Origin: Dipteris shenzhenensis
Taxonomy: Eukaryota
DNA: 64,000 nt
Direction: 5' to 3' (one strand)
NCBI GenBank assembly: GCA_047967505.1
Contig: CM106538.1
Shown here: positions 38,901 to 48,669 of the stretch, piece by piece
How positions within the stretch are numbered: the first letter of the stretch is position 1
How the letters are laid out: each line of letters opens with the position of its first letter
Program-made: the position numbers and the translations under genes
The notes under the pieces: generated by a model
What the model was told of the DNA's origin: nothing
Databases searched by the model: none
Seen by the model: only the letters and a program-made list of their open reading frames with translations

Positions 38901-40875
38901 TTCTGCATCATTTGCTTTGGGGCACAAACTTCGAATTTTTTGACCATGACCTTACCTTGGGGAAATGCTAAACATATTAAGAATGCTTTTTATCCCCCAA
39001 GTCCTCTTCCAATTTGGTATTCTTTATCCTTATCTCTAGGGCCTTCCACCCCAGGCTAGCAGCCTTGCCCTTAGTGTTCGTATAAGCCTAGGGCTAGTTT
39101 CAGCACTATGGTCAGCCAAGGATATGAGTGGAGGAATTGGCTCCTTGCTGATAGAACAAACAGTTGCGGCATCAATGAGGTTGGAACATTATCAAATTTT
39201 GCAGGTTCTTTTTGAAATTCTCAACACGCTGTTCCATCTTCCCCTACTCTATTGCCCTACCAAAGCCCCCCCCCCCCCCCCCCCCCCCCTTCTCCTTTCC
39301 TCATATATCACAGCTCTGCCATCCACTCTTTTATCTTCCTGGGGTTGGACTCCTAACAAACTAGCTTTTTATATTTTTGCTTGATATCTTGAAGAATTTT
39401 CACCAGATTACTGCTTGGTTCACTACGCCCACATTATCAGACCCTTGCTTGGAGTCATTAACTCTATCATCCAGGTTAGATTGTCCAATGCCAACTCTGC
39501 AAATTATGATGGCCGAGTAAGCATGTGCCAGCTGTTGCACTAAAACACCAGCTCCATCTCTGAGCTTGCTTCAACATAAACCTAAACAACAAAGGAAATC
39601 CAGGTACCTAGGAGATGGAAACAACTTCATCTGAGGGAATGCAAAACTTGATAATAGCCCTCCCTACAAATGTCAGAAATATCACCCGATCCTCAGAAAA
39701 ATTATTTTGCTCAACACCATGCAGAAAAATGTAACCTGTGAGGACTGCTTTGCTTTGCCATTGGCTATATACTTTTCACCTTAAAGGAGCCGTTGGTCTA
39801 GCTTAAAGACCAATGGAGGAAAGTTCACACTCACCCTCTAAAGAGACTGGCTGTAAAACATGATTACAACGGACAATTGGACTTTACTGACAACTCCTAT
39901 CAGCTTGTTTTGCTACCTACAACCTATGAACATAACAATGGTTGAACGTCCAGGAACACCATCTGCCTGGCCAACACTGGAGATCAGGGAAGCATAGAAA
40001 AACCCCAGGTGGGAACTTGGCAGAAAGCGATGATGGAGAGCTTATTAGAATGAACACGATATGGAAACTGTTCCGTCAACCAGTGAAACTAGGGAAAGGC
40101 ATGGCTCTTCGACGTCGGAAGTGCAGCTAGTTTATGGCCCTTCACAGATAAGAGGGCTGGATTTTGTTTAGGACCTTTCCCCTAGTAGCCTGGTGCTTCA
40201 ATGAGAATAATTATGCCCTTTGCAGCCATCGAAGTACCAAGAAATCTGGTTCGCCAAGCAAAAGAGGACTACAAAGGGTGGTGATTTGGCACTATCTGGT
40301 CATTATACAGCAGTAAAAGGGTCCTGAGCTGTCGTTTTATCCCGAGCACAGCCCAAGTCCCTTGGTTATGGGTGGCCAACGAGAGCTTGGATCAGAAGCT
40401 TCTTGAAGGACCTTGCATGAAGCAAATGGACACATAGGTGATATTCAGACCCATGCTTTTAGAGAAGGAACCCGGGACTCCACAAGCGGACAGAACGCAA
40501 TTGACATACAATGTCATGAATCATAAAGAACGAGAAACAAGAGGAACACTGTTCGACAGAAAGTTGGCCATTTGCCGTCCTGACAGGAGAGGTCTAGTCC
40601 TAAATCTGTTTGAAGAGTGACGGTGGGACAGATTCTCGGCTTGTTGAGTTGTGTGAAGCTCTGTAACCGTCACAAATTTGCATACGCTTTACTTGGAGTT
40701 TCTTATTCCGCGCAAGCTGCTGTCTTTCTTCCTTCCTGTTTTGGGATTGATTCCTATGTTTTTAATTCCTGTGTTTATACGGGGCTTCTGTGTGGTTTCT
40801 GTGATATTGATTAGAATGAAAGATTACCTGTTCAACGTCGCGCTCCACCGGACCATTGCGTGATGGATCTGCCAT
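9027..40875 (-). CDS. RLD: PH-RCC1-FYVE-BRX domain protein (PRAF/RLD family), spliced gene; exons 40875-40828, 34381-34295, 33161-33072, 32935-32855, 32619-32422, 32059-29933, 16265-16119, 9921-9440, 9201-9027; 1144 aa
   Basis: Nine exons join in frame (48+87+90+81+198+2127+147+482+175=3435 nt) with GT-AG boundaries. The protein has a PH domain ([18 protein letters not shown]), RCC1 repeats ([16 protein letters not shown]), FYVE ([14 protein letters not shown]), a coiled coil and a C-terminal BRX domain. Exact orthologue not determined. Confidence 0.95.
9440..9921 (-). CDS. RLD: PRAF/RLD exon 8 (LKVMTERLP...[14 protein letters not shown]...LKRVRF), first half of BRX domain
   Basis: CAG| acceptor, phase-2 AG|GTGA donor, 482 nt. 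Confidence 0.95.
10650..11227. mobile_element. hAT-type MITE (578 bp) in intron 7
   Basis: TIRs CATAGTTTTT / AAAAACTATG; 8-bp TSD GCTAAAGA / GCTGAAGA (7 of 8 match). Confidence 0.75.
13790..15000 (+). mobile_element. RTE-type LINE 3' fragment
   Basis: QLRIETGR...[20 protein letters not shown] zinc-knuckle motif; related to 18650-19480. Confidence 0.8.
16119..16265 (-). CDS. RLD: PRAF/RLD exon 7: coiled coil (VENLTRRCQ...[15 protein letters not shown])
   Basis: Conserved [19 protein letters not shown] motif; TTTTACAG| acceptor, |GTTCTT donor, 147 nt. Confidence 0.95.
17906..19490 (+). mobile_element. RTE-type LINE fragment (partial RT joined to zinc knuckle), bounded by (CT)n and (GT)n
   Basis: [66 protein letters not shown]. 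Confidence 0.9.
19520..21390 (+). mobile_element. L1/Tx1-like LINE relic
   Basis: Degenerate knuckle [16 protein letters not shown]-entry motif [27 protein letters not shown] at 21264-21360. Confidence 0.55.
21893..24709 (-). mobile_element. Complete non-autonomous Copia-type LTR element encoding gag only (TR-GAG-like), 2817 bp
   Basis: LTRs 24356-24709 and 21893-22235 (TG..CA; 8 substitutions and 2 indels by manual count); TSD TAACC on both sides; PBS TGGTATCAGAGC (tRNA-iMet) at 24342-24353; PPT next to 22236; frameshifted gag 23423->~22570 with two CCHC knuckles; no pol. Confidence 0.93.
22568..23423 (-). pseudogene. Copia gag (frameshifted) of the TR-GAG-like element
   Basis: [69 protein letters not shown]. 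Confidence 0.85.
26250..27069 (-). mobile_element. LTR fragment (Gypsy-type start TGTAACGCC) containing an antisense tRNA-like segment
   Basis: Minus strand begins TGTAACGCC at 27069; TATA-like ATTATAAAGGG near 26815; left boundary uncertain. Confidence 0.45.
26849..26920 (+). other. tRNA-like pseudo-sequence with Pol III A and B boxes (not a functional tRNA)
   Basis: A box TAGCTTAGTGG at 26856-26866, B box GGTTCGAATCC at 26899-26909, tRNA-like spacing; acceptor stem does not pair. Confidence 0.6.
28373..28422. repeat. Two tandem copies of a 25-bp perfect hairpin (AATGAAAGGGT-GAT-ACCCTTTCATT)
   Basis: Directly visible; 11-bp arms and a 3-nt loop. Confidence 0.95.
29933..32059 (-). CDS. RLD: PRAF/RLD exon 6: RCC1 repeats and FYVE zinc finger
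   Basis: Inside the 766-aa ORF 29918..32218; CAG|GAA acceptor, CAG|GTAAG donor, 2127 nt. Confidence 0.97.
32422..32619 (-). CDS. RLD: PRAF/RLD exon 5 ([19 protein letters not shown]...SLNQ)
   Basis: CAG| acceptor, |GTAAG donor, 198 nt; end of PH domain. Confidence 0.95.
32855..32935 (-). CDS. RLD: PRAF/RLD exon 4 ([27 protein letters not shown])
   Basis: CAG| acceptor, |GTAC donor, 81 nt. Confidence 0.95.
33072..33161 (-). CDS. RLD: PRAF/RLD exon 3 ([30 protein letters not shown])
   Basis: CAG| acceptor, |GTGAGT donor, 90 nt; not in the ORF track because it is short. Confidence 0.95.
34295..34381 (-). CDS. RLD: PRAF/RLD exon 2 ([29 protein letters not shown]), PH domain
   Basis: AAG| acceptor, |GTAAGT donor, 87 nt. 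Confidence 0.95.
35880..37110 (-). mobile_element. Penelope-like element RT relic (Naiad/Chlamys-like), intron 1
   Basis: [84 protein letters not shown]; frameshifts and stops. Confidence 0.8.
40828..40875 (-). CDS. RLD: PRAF/RLD exon 1 ([16 protein letters not shown])
   Basis: ATG at 40875 with an in-frame TGA upstream; conserved PVERDxEQ N-terminus; CAG|GTAATC donor. Confidence 0.9.
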
Positions 40876-43800
40876 TCGATTGAGCCGCACAACGCTTTCC
40901 CTACGGCATCAATGTCCTAGCTTCCGCGGATCCTCCTGCGCCTGGACATTGCTCTACCCTGTTGGCCCTATTTGCTGCCGTTAACAGCGCCATCAAAATC
41001 TCTCTCTCGACGCGCATTCCCTTCCCGAAGAGAGACCGATCCAACAGGCGAGATCGTGCGGGTGCCTCCCGTTCCAATGCAGATTCAGATCTCGAAGAGA
41101 CGAAAGTCAAGGAAATAAAGAACACCCGAGTTCATGACTTGTGTTGACCGCGCTCACAAACTTAGTGGACGAAGACGTTCCGGACTCCCTCTCATCAACC
41201 AGACGCCTCCCTCAAACATCGAACGCGTGGATCGCTTGAATGAAACCCTAAGGAAAAATGGATTGCTATCCTGGTAGTATCGCGCCCTTGTCGATTTCCC
41301 CTGCTTCTGGTGTCAATTCTGGAGGGCTCGCACATCAGCGTTCCCAAAAGAAGAAAATGTGAATTTGAGGAAGTATATACTGAAGCAGAGTGTCGCACAT
41401 TCCACGATATCGATGCTCCTGTAGAAGAAACCGTTACATTCGTGGTTCCTCGGAAAAAGCGTTGCGTCTCGGTACAGAGATCAAAAAATCGCGCAGATCG
41501 CTCAAGCAAGGAGGGGTACAACGAAAGCAGAGGATAACGATCGCGACTCGCGCGGCAAATGAGCGAGGCAGGGGAGAGCTGTCGGATTTCTCTGTTCCCT
41601 CCAATTTCTTCCTGCGGTTTTCGTTTTCGTCTTCTCCCTTGAGAACAGAACTGGGGCGACACGACGGCAGGATGATCGGAACAGACACAAACGCTGTGGA
41701 ATTGGACGGTCGCAGTGCTGTGTTGGTTGGAGGGGGCAGGCAACATGTGCCGGGGAGGAAGCGCTGCCGATATCAGAAGAGCGAAAGGAGAAAGAAACCG
41801 ATCTGCTGCTGCTCCTCCGAAGGGCCACCATCAATCTGGCGAATATGAAATTGCAGCAAGGGTAGCAGAAGTGGCAGCATCACAAGAGGGCAGGCGCTGT
41901 ACTTTTCCCGTTATTATTAAAGGCAAAAGCGGGAAGGAAGGATTCACGAAACTCTGCAACGGCACAAACGTTGATGACAATGTTGGCGAATCACTGGCGA
42001 TGGCGAATCGGAGGGGAGGGAGAGTAACTGAGGAAGGTTGCTTTACCGGGGAGAAGTACACACTGTGAAGCTTTTTGAACAGAGGAGAATTTACGGAAGA
42101 GCAGAAGATTGCAACTTTGATTGCGAGGATTGATGGATGAATCGTTCGAGATTATTGCCGCTGCAGATCGACGCACAAAATTCAGAAGCTGGCCGGACTC
42201 GATGATCATTCTTCGTCGTCTGGGATGTGCAGCAGGAAAGCAAAGGTTGCTGCTGGCTGCATTTCTTGCTGCTGTGACGGAAATCAATTCTCGTGAGAGA
42301 GATGAAGGTTGCTCTCAGATGCAACAACACGGAATTCTCAGGAGTAGTCGATTCAAACTTGAAATGAAGGTTGCTCACAGATGCAGCAACGGTGGTCGCT
42401 AGAAGGCCGGTGAGCTTCTACTGAAGTGAGCAGTTTGCAAGGAACATCTCCCATCACGGAGCAGTTTGCAAATTGCAGCGATCTTCTCCGATGATCATCT
42501 CCGGATCAACTTTCCGTTTCGCTGCTTCTTTTTCTTCCGTCGGGTTCTTTTCTTTTCTGTGTTTGTTTCGACGTTTGTTTGAAGCAGAATTCGTCGTCTG
42601 CTTCTTCTTCTTCTTCTTCTTCTTCTGGCTATGGTTTTTCTTCTGTAACGCCTCTGCTGTTGCTGCCGCCTCGGACGTCGCGGACGTCTCTGTTTCTTCT
42701 TCTTCTGAACTCCGAATGGCTCTCTAGCTTCAATGCATGATGCTTCGCCCACACCAAGTCAACCTCCGCATTCCGATTAGCGCGCAGCTTCGGTTTTTTG
42801 AGAGATGCGCACTGCCTGCCAAACAATATCTTTCGAACTTCAACGCATCAAATATGCTTTGTGTCGGATGGCAGGCCGCAGAGAGCAGAGCAGAAGCCAG
42901 TGCACGCTGCGCAGCTCATCTCATCACACTCAGTTTGCAGCAGTCGCCAAATTTTGCATCGCGCGGATCGGCAGCAATTCTTTTTGGCAGATCATCCTTT
43001 AAATCCTCAAAGCATCAATCTCCTTTTTGTCGGATGGCAGCGGCCGCCAGGTAGTCGCCATATTTCTCTCTCGCAACAAGGCTCTCTCCGAGTCTCGAGT
43101 CTCTCTCCCATTGAAAGTTGAACCGCAAACCATGTGAGGAGTCATGATCCGTTTGTGTCAATCGGTGGAAAAACGTGATTCTGTAAGAAATTGCGCAGTG
43201 CTCGTTTCTACTTTCTACTAATAGCTGCCACGGTTGCGTTTTACCTTCATGAAACGACTGATGGAGGAGGATTCCGTCGCAGCAGCCGTGTTGTCCCGCA
43301 AGAAATGCAGCCAATGGAGTCGGTGTTGGACACATCAAGCAGTCACCACCAAGGAGCACAAGTCAGGACGAGCTCGAGGATAGATCATGTCACGATAGGT
43401 CCCAGCCATAGCCACCATGGAAGCAGCTACAGGGTAGTGAAAGTACCTGCTGGCACTCAGATCCTCTCTCCTCCAATCCTTTCGCAAATCCCACCGCCTT
43501 CCACTGTCACCACACCACAACGAGCAATTCCTGTTTGCTTGCATCTTCAATTCCAAAAGGCAGGGAATCTCGTTTCTGCATTTGCAATTTTGCCTTCTCT
43601 CTGTTCTCTTCTGCTCTGCAAAATTCAACGTTCTACGTTCTTGTGTACCGACTCCAAACTCCACACTTCAGATCCCAGACTCCAGAGTTCTTATTACGTT
43701 TGGCATCGTCGCCATAGTCGTTTTCCTTCTAGTTTCTTCTTGTTCTTCTTCTTCTGTTGCTGCTGCTGCTGCTGCTGCTGCATCCTGTGCACCGCACACT

Positions 43801-44200
43801 CGCTTGTCCCATTCTCCTCCTCCCCAATTTCGCATCACAGTCAGGTCCCAAGAGCAAAAAGGCAACAGCAGATTGATCATGTCATCGCTAGGCCCCAGCT
43901 GCAACGCAAGCCACCACCACCACCACCACTACTGCCGCAGTGCCTCATGGCTCCCGCCACACGGAGAGAGATCCCCCTCGTGTCAAACCTGCGATATCAA
44001 AGTTTAGAAACAAGAGCAAAACTGGTGCCACCGACCAAGGTGGATGGAGAGACTGCTACCGGATCACAGAATTCAAAGCGCAAGCACAAAATGTAATGGT
44101 TGGGAGAATTGCCAAAAAAAACGAATTGGTGGAGAGAGATCTATGTATAGGCAAGAAGTTTGTGTGAGTGGCATGACAATGAAAGTGAAAGTGATGATGG
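40876..44200 (-). promoter_or_regulatory. Putative long 5' leader / promoter of the PRAF/RLD gene (CpG-rich, no TE motifs seen)
   Basis: CpG dinucleotides are visibly frequent compared with the CpG-poor TE surroundings; (AAG)n, (CAG)n and (GGT)n runs on the minus strand; TATA-like TATACATA followed by a CT-rich patch near 44150-44125; TSS is inferred. Confidence 0.5.
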
Positions 44201-45187
44201 ATGATGGGTTGGTGTTTGTTGGTGTCGGGGCTTTGGCGTCAGCAATTGCAAAAACACATACCTTGTGCATTGTGCCACAATGTTTATCAATCTATAGTTA
44301 CTACACTTTATTTATATCACACAATTTGAGAATTTGGTCATCTTAGCTCTAGTGTACATGGTATCACAAATGTGCAACTCGGCTGCGTTTGCACCGGTCT
44401 CGGGAGGTGCCAAACTCCACATCTGTATAGAGGTTTTTATAGCTTCACGGTGTGCAAATGGGGGCACATACAGCAACACCCAGTAGTCGTTTTGTTCACA
44501 CTGGGCTCCCCATTTACAAATCGCTTCAACGCTCCTCAATTAACGCTCCAAAGCACAATTCATGCACAAGCCAACTTCGCATTTCCCTTAGCGTGTGCAC
44601 TAGCTCTTATTGCGGAGCAGCAATACAACTCCTTGTCAGCATTGGCCACGGCCCATGTGCCCCCTACACTTCATTATATGTGTGTGTGGGTGTGCACATG
44701 GGAAAAAAAAAACGTGTATGTAGCTTTAAAAACCTAGATTTATTCTATCTTTTACTAGCTATCATTGCAAAATACTATTCACATTTTGCCTTGCCTTTAT
44801 TTTAACGACAATATTTTAGGCATTTCAATCTACAAAATTGACAAATTACATATTTTGACTCGATTCCGACCTTTAGAAACCAATTATGTGTAAGAATAAA
44901 CTTTAAGTTAGAAGATTTGTTTTTTGCTAGCACCATGAGTCCTCACTCTCTCTCTCTCCAACCTCATTACGTCTTTTTCTTGAGCATCATCTCCTATCCT
45001 CAACTTTTATCTTTTGCCTTTAGCCTACCACCTAGGATTATCAATCTCATCTAGGGCCCTTTCACCTCCCTAAGTCTTTGACTTTCTCGCCCCTTCAAGC
45101 CTCAATCCCTACCTCTATGATTAAACCTGCCCTACCATGGCAAGCCATTCAAAAGTATGATTGCTATACATTACATTATGGGGGGGG

Positions 45188-45231
<44 letters not shown>

Positions 45232-45779
45232 GTGTTTATAAGAAAGGTTGGTACAAGGGGGCCATTGGTTTACACTACAAGGGGGCCATTGGTTTATGTT
45301 GTAAGATATCAAAGCAACCTCTCAAGTAACACATAAGACCACTTAACACATGGTTTTGGCTAGGGAAACTTTTATATATAATGAGACAATCCACCCAAGC
45401 TAATTCAAGTGAGACCGTACCAAACAATGGATGGCAAAGCTCTCAAGTTCTCTACCAAGCATGCTTCACCAATCTATCCATAAGAGTCTTCTCCAACAAT
45501 TAGTGCAACTCTTCATTGAGGCAAAAGTTCACTTGAGCACAAGATTTTTTGGGTCTTGCATTACCCTAGTGTGTTTTGCATTGTATTCAATGTAATATTA
45601 GTCAAGAGTCCTCATCAATGCAGTAGAAAGGTAATGAAACCTAGGCAATGTTACATATAAAATTATATTGAATACCCCCCATCCCCCCCCCCCCAAAACC
45701 AAGTTCAATGCACCAACTAGTTAGGATCATCTAAGGCACACAACACTTCCCCATGCACAAAGTCATTTGGTGGCTACAA

Positions 45780-46300
45780 TTATAGTCTTGATGAATCCAT
45801 CATGTGTTCTTACACATTTCACAAATAGTAAGAGCCTAACAATGTTTCATTGTAGCCATGTTCTTGATAATTCTAAGCTTGCAAATTTTCTTGCCCAAAA
45901 GTCACCATTAATGTTGATCCAAGCAAATTTAGTAGTTTCTTACCTTCAAAAAGTGGAGGGGATAATTGTAGAATGGATCATCCTTTTTTCATGGTATGCA
46001 TGGATCAAAGAAACTCTTTGCATTTTTTAGATAATGATCAAGATATCATCCATATATTTGAAGGTATGTTTGAGCGAGGAAAGGATATCAAAGGCTTGAA
46101 GCTTCCAAATTGTTTCTATAAACTTGTTTTCAAACCAAAAAATGTATAAAGTGCACTAAGCAGGATGAGAAAGAAAAATCCATAGAATCATAGTTTTTTG
46201 CTTAAAATAGAGCTGCCAAGTCTAAAATGCATGTTGGAAAGTAACCAAGCATTGATTTTGTAAACAATTCCTTTGTAAGGTATTTGTTAGTTTTTGCCTT
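45780..46300 (-). mobile_element. Second Penelope-like RT fragment (different family)
   Basis: Across frameshifts: WLLSNMHFRLGSSI/FKQ, YIFWFENKFIE, HTFKYMDDIL (catalytic YxDD), FFDP..DDPFYNYP. Confidence 0.6.
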
Positions 46301-46642
46301 ATTTTTTATTATTACTGATGGTAATGTAACATTTGCTTTAAAGTCTCCTTTTTTGTTTTTGTTTTTATTTTGAATAGTGAGTGAAACGTAGATTGCATAC
46401 TCTATATTTTTTAAATAATAATCTTGCTAGTTTTTATTAAGAGCTGGTTAAAGCCAACAAAAAAGCGCCAAGTTCACTAGTTTTTATTAAGAGCTAGTCA
46501 AAATCAACAAAAAAGACATTCACTAGTCCAAGTTCCCATCTAGCATAATATTTTCATATCATTTACCAATGTTTTCCATAAAGGCACATCATATATCCCT
46601 CCGTAAACTCAGTGCCACATCATGGATTGGATCAACAACCCA

Positions 46643-47017
46643 AAATGTATTTTTGTGTTCATCCCAATCTGGTCACTAGCTTCTTTCTAAAGTAGCAAGG
46701 CAGCTTCCATCATAGGTGAAATGCAAGCTTGCAAGATGATGGTGACAACTTAGCAATTTCAAAAAACATGCGAGTGTGCATTGGCTATCTGTAGAAAGAA
46801 ATTCTTGCATGCCTTGAAAATACCGTTTAAATACAAAAGTGAGAATGCATTTTTGTGTTAATCCCAATTTGGGCATGGGCTTCTTTTTGAAGTAACAAGG
46901 AAGCTTCCATAATAGGTGGAATGCAAGCTTGCAAGATGGTGGGGTGACAACTTAGCAATTTCAAAAAACACACAAGTGTGCATTGGTTACCCTTGAAAGT
47001 ACCCATCAAATACAAAA
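46643..47017. repeat. Diverged tandem duplication (~200 bp x2)
   Basis: Shared ATTTTTGTGTT.ATCCCAAT...ATGCAAGCTTGCAAGATG...GACAACTTAGCAATTTCAAAAAACA...AAATACAAAAG. Confidence 0.85.
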
Positions 47018-48241
47018 GAGAGTGGACCTAAATGTGGAAAGAGTTCAAACTGAATTGTTTCTCATCTAAGTTGGTGGTAGCTAGGACTGTAATATAATCT
47101 TTGCTACCTAGCTAGTCTTGGCCCAATTGGGATCTCAACTCCCTACAAATGAAAGCTAGTGTGGTGGTAGATTCATGTATTAAAGTAACCAAGAGGCAAG
47201 TAGTTAAGGGAGACAACTCTCTTGCAATTAGAGGGCACTCAAACAGTTCCATTTCCTTTCTCAAAAGGCCGCCTTTTTTTGCATCAAGTCTAGGAGAAAA
47301 GTATGTACATAAAATTCAAACACAATCATAAATATTTATAAAAAAAATAGAGGATAAGGAAGATCATGATGTGAGCTTGAGTTGTAGCTAAGCCTGGATA
47401 TGAGCATGTATTCTTTTCATGGTATGAGTGTGCATTCACTTGAGGCTACTCGATAATATGTCTATCTTATGCAAGTAGAGGTGCTTGGGAAGCACATAAA
47501 TGGTCTGAGTAAGACAGGCACACCAGCATGCATGAGACACATGACAAAGAAGGGAAGGGCTCAAAGTTTGGACCATAATTGAAAAAATCATATTTAAAAA
47601 ATGCTTTGCAAGGTTGGAAACCTTGCTATAGAATTATGGACAAAATCTTATAACCAAACGAGGAATGATTCCTCCTTTTTGATAAATTCCATAGTGAACA
47701 GGCTGAAAGGATTTGCCCCTTTATTTTTTTTAAACTCCAATATTCAATAATGTTTTTTCTTTAAGTCATGGATACATTATGGAAGCTATAACTACTAAGT
47801 GTAATAGTTTGGGTAAAATGCTAAAGGTTCTAAATAGTTGATGGCTAATTATTTATCATCAAGGATCCAAGTAAGCTTAAGAATACACAATTCTTAGGTA
47901 TTGTTTAAGCATGATAAAGTAAAAGGGTTTATCTAATAAGACCTTATTTTAAGAAGAAAAGGTTGCTTACATGCCACATGGGAATAACCAAAATTAAGTG
48001 GTCTATAATGGTTAAGAACCTTTAGATAATAGAGTAGAAATTAAATAGACCAATAGCTTCTTTGAATGTATTAGTGAACTCAATCTCTCAAAATTAATAA
48101 TGAAGCTAGGCATAATGAAACTACACTTAACTCAGCACACAAATCTATTAACAATTATGAAAAATGTCCTTTGTTTATGCTAATTTTGCTTATGGAAGTA
48201 TCTCTCAAGATATAATATCATCAATTATCCTAATGCCATAT

Positions 48242-48626
48242 ATGTCACGTAGAAGGGGGAAACAGTCCCTCATAATGGCATAGGGAAAAAATGCACCACG
48301 TTCATACATTAAACACCCGCTAAGTGGAGAGCAATTTGGCTACTTGGGGAGAAAAATAAAACAAGGAGAGGGAAAAGACATGGAAGATTCAAGAGAGGCA
48401 ATATAAGTCTCCTCTATTTCCATAAGAGATGAGACTCCACTCAAATAGAAATCAAAATGCTGGAAATACAAGAGAGAAAAGGTTTCATATAGTTGAGACA
48501 AATAGAGCTCCAAGACTACTCATGGAAGAAGAGGAAAATAGTGAGCTAGAGAGATAAATGGTGAACTCATCGAAGCGAAGAAGAGTAAACTAGAGAGAGA
48601 AAGAGCCTAATTAGAGAGAGGCCTCA
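48242..48626 (-). mobile_element. LTR fragment related to 722-1854, broken at a (GT)n tract
   Basis: Begins TGTCAC on the plus strand; GAGACTCCACTC and GCTCCAAGACTACTCAT shared with 980-1080. Confidence 0.55.
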
Positions 48627-48669
48627 TGTGTGTGTGTGTGTGTGCGCATGTGTGTGTGTGTGTGTGGGG

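Noticed and set aside
38328-40500. Coding-like short ORFs in intron 1
   Set aside because: No recognisable motifs; probably very old TE debris, but cannot be assigned.
41310-41537. Small ORF with two NLS-like motifs (PKRRK, PRKKR)
   Set aside because: GTG start and no supporting homology or splice structure.
43191-44096. 301-aa plus-strand ORF as a gene
   Set aside because: Non-ATG start, poly-F/C/P tracts generated by microsatellites, no domain; probably the antisense of leader DNA.
44460-44664. MITE bounded by GGGGGCACAT / ATGTGCCCCC
   Set aside because: Only a 10-bp inverted match and no TSD found.
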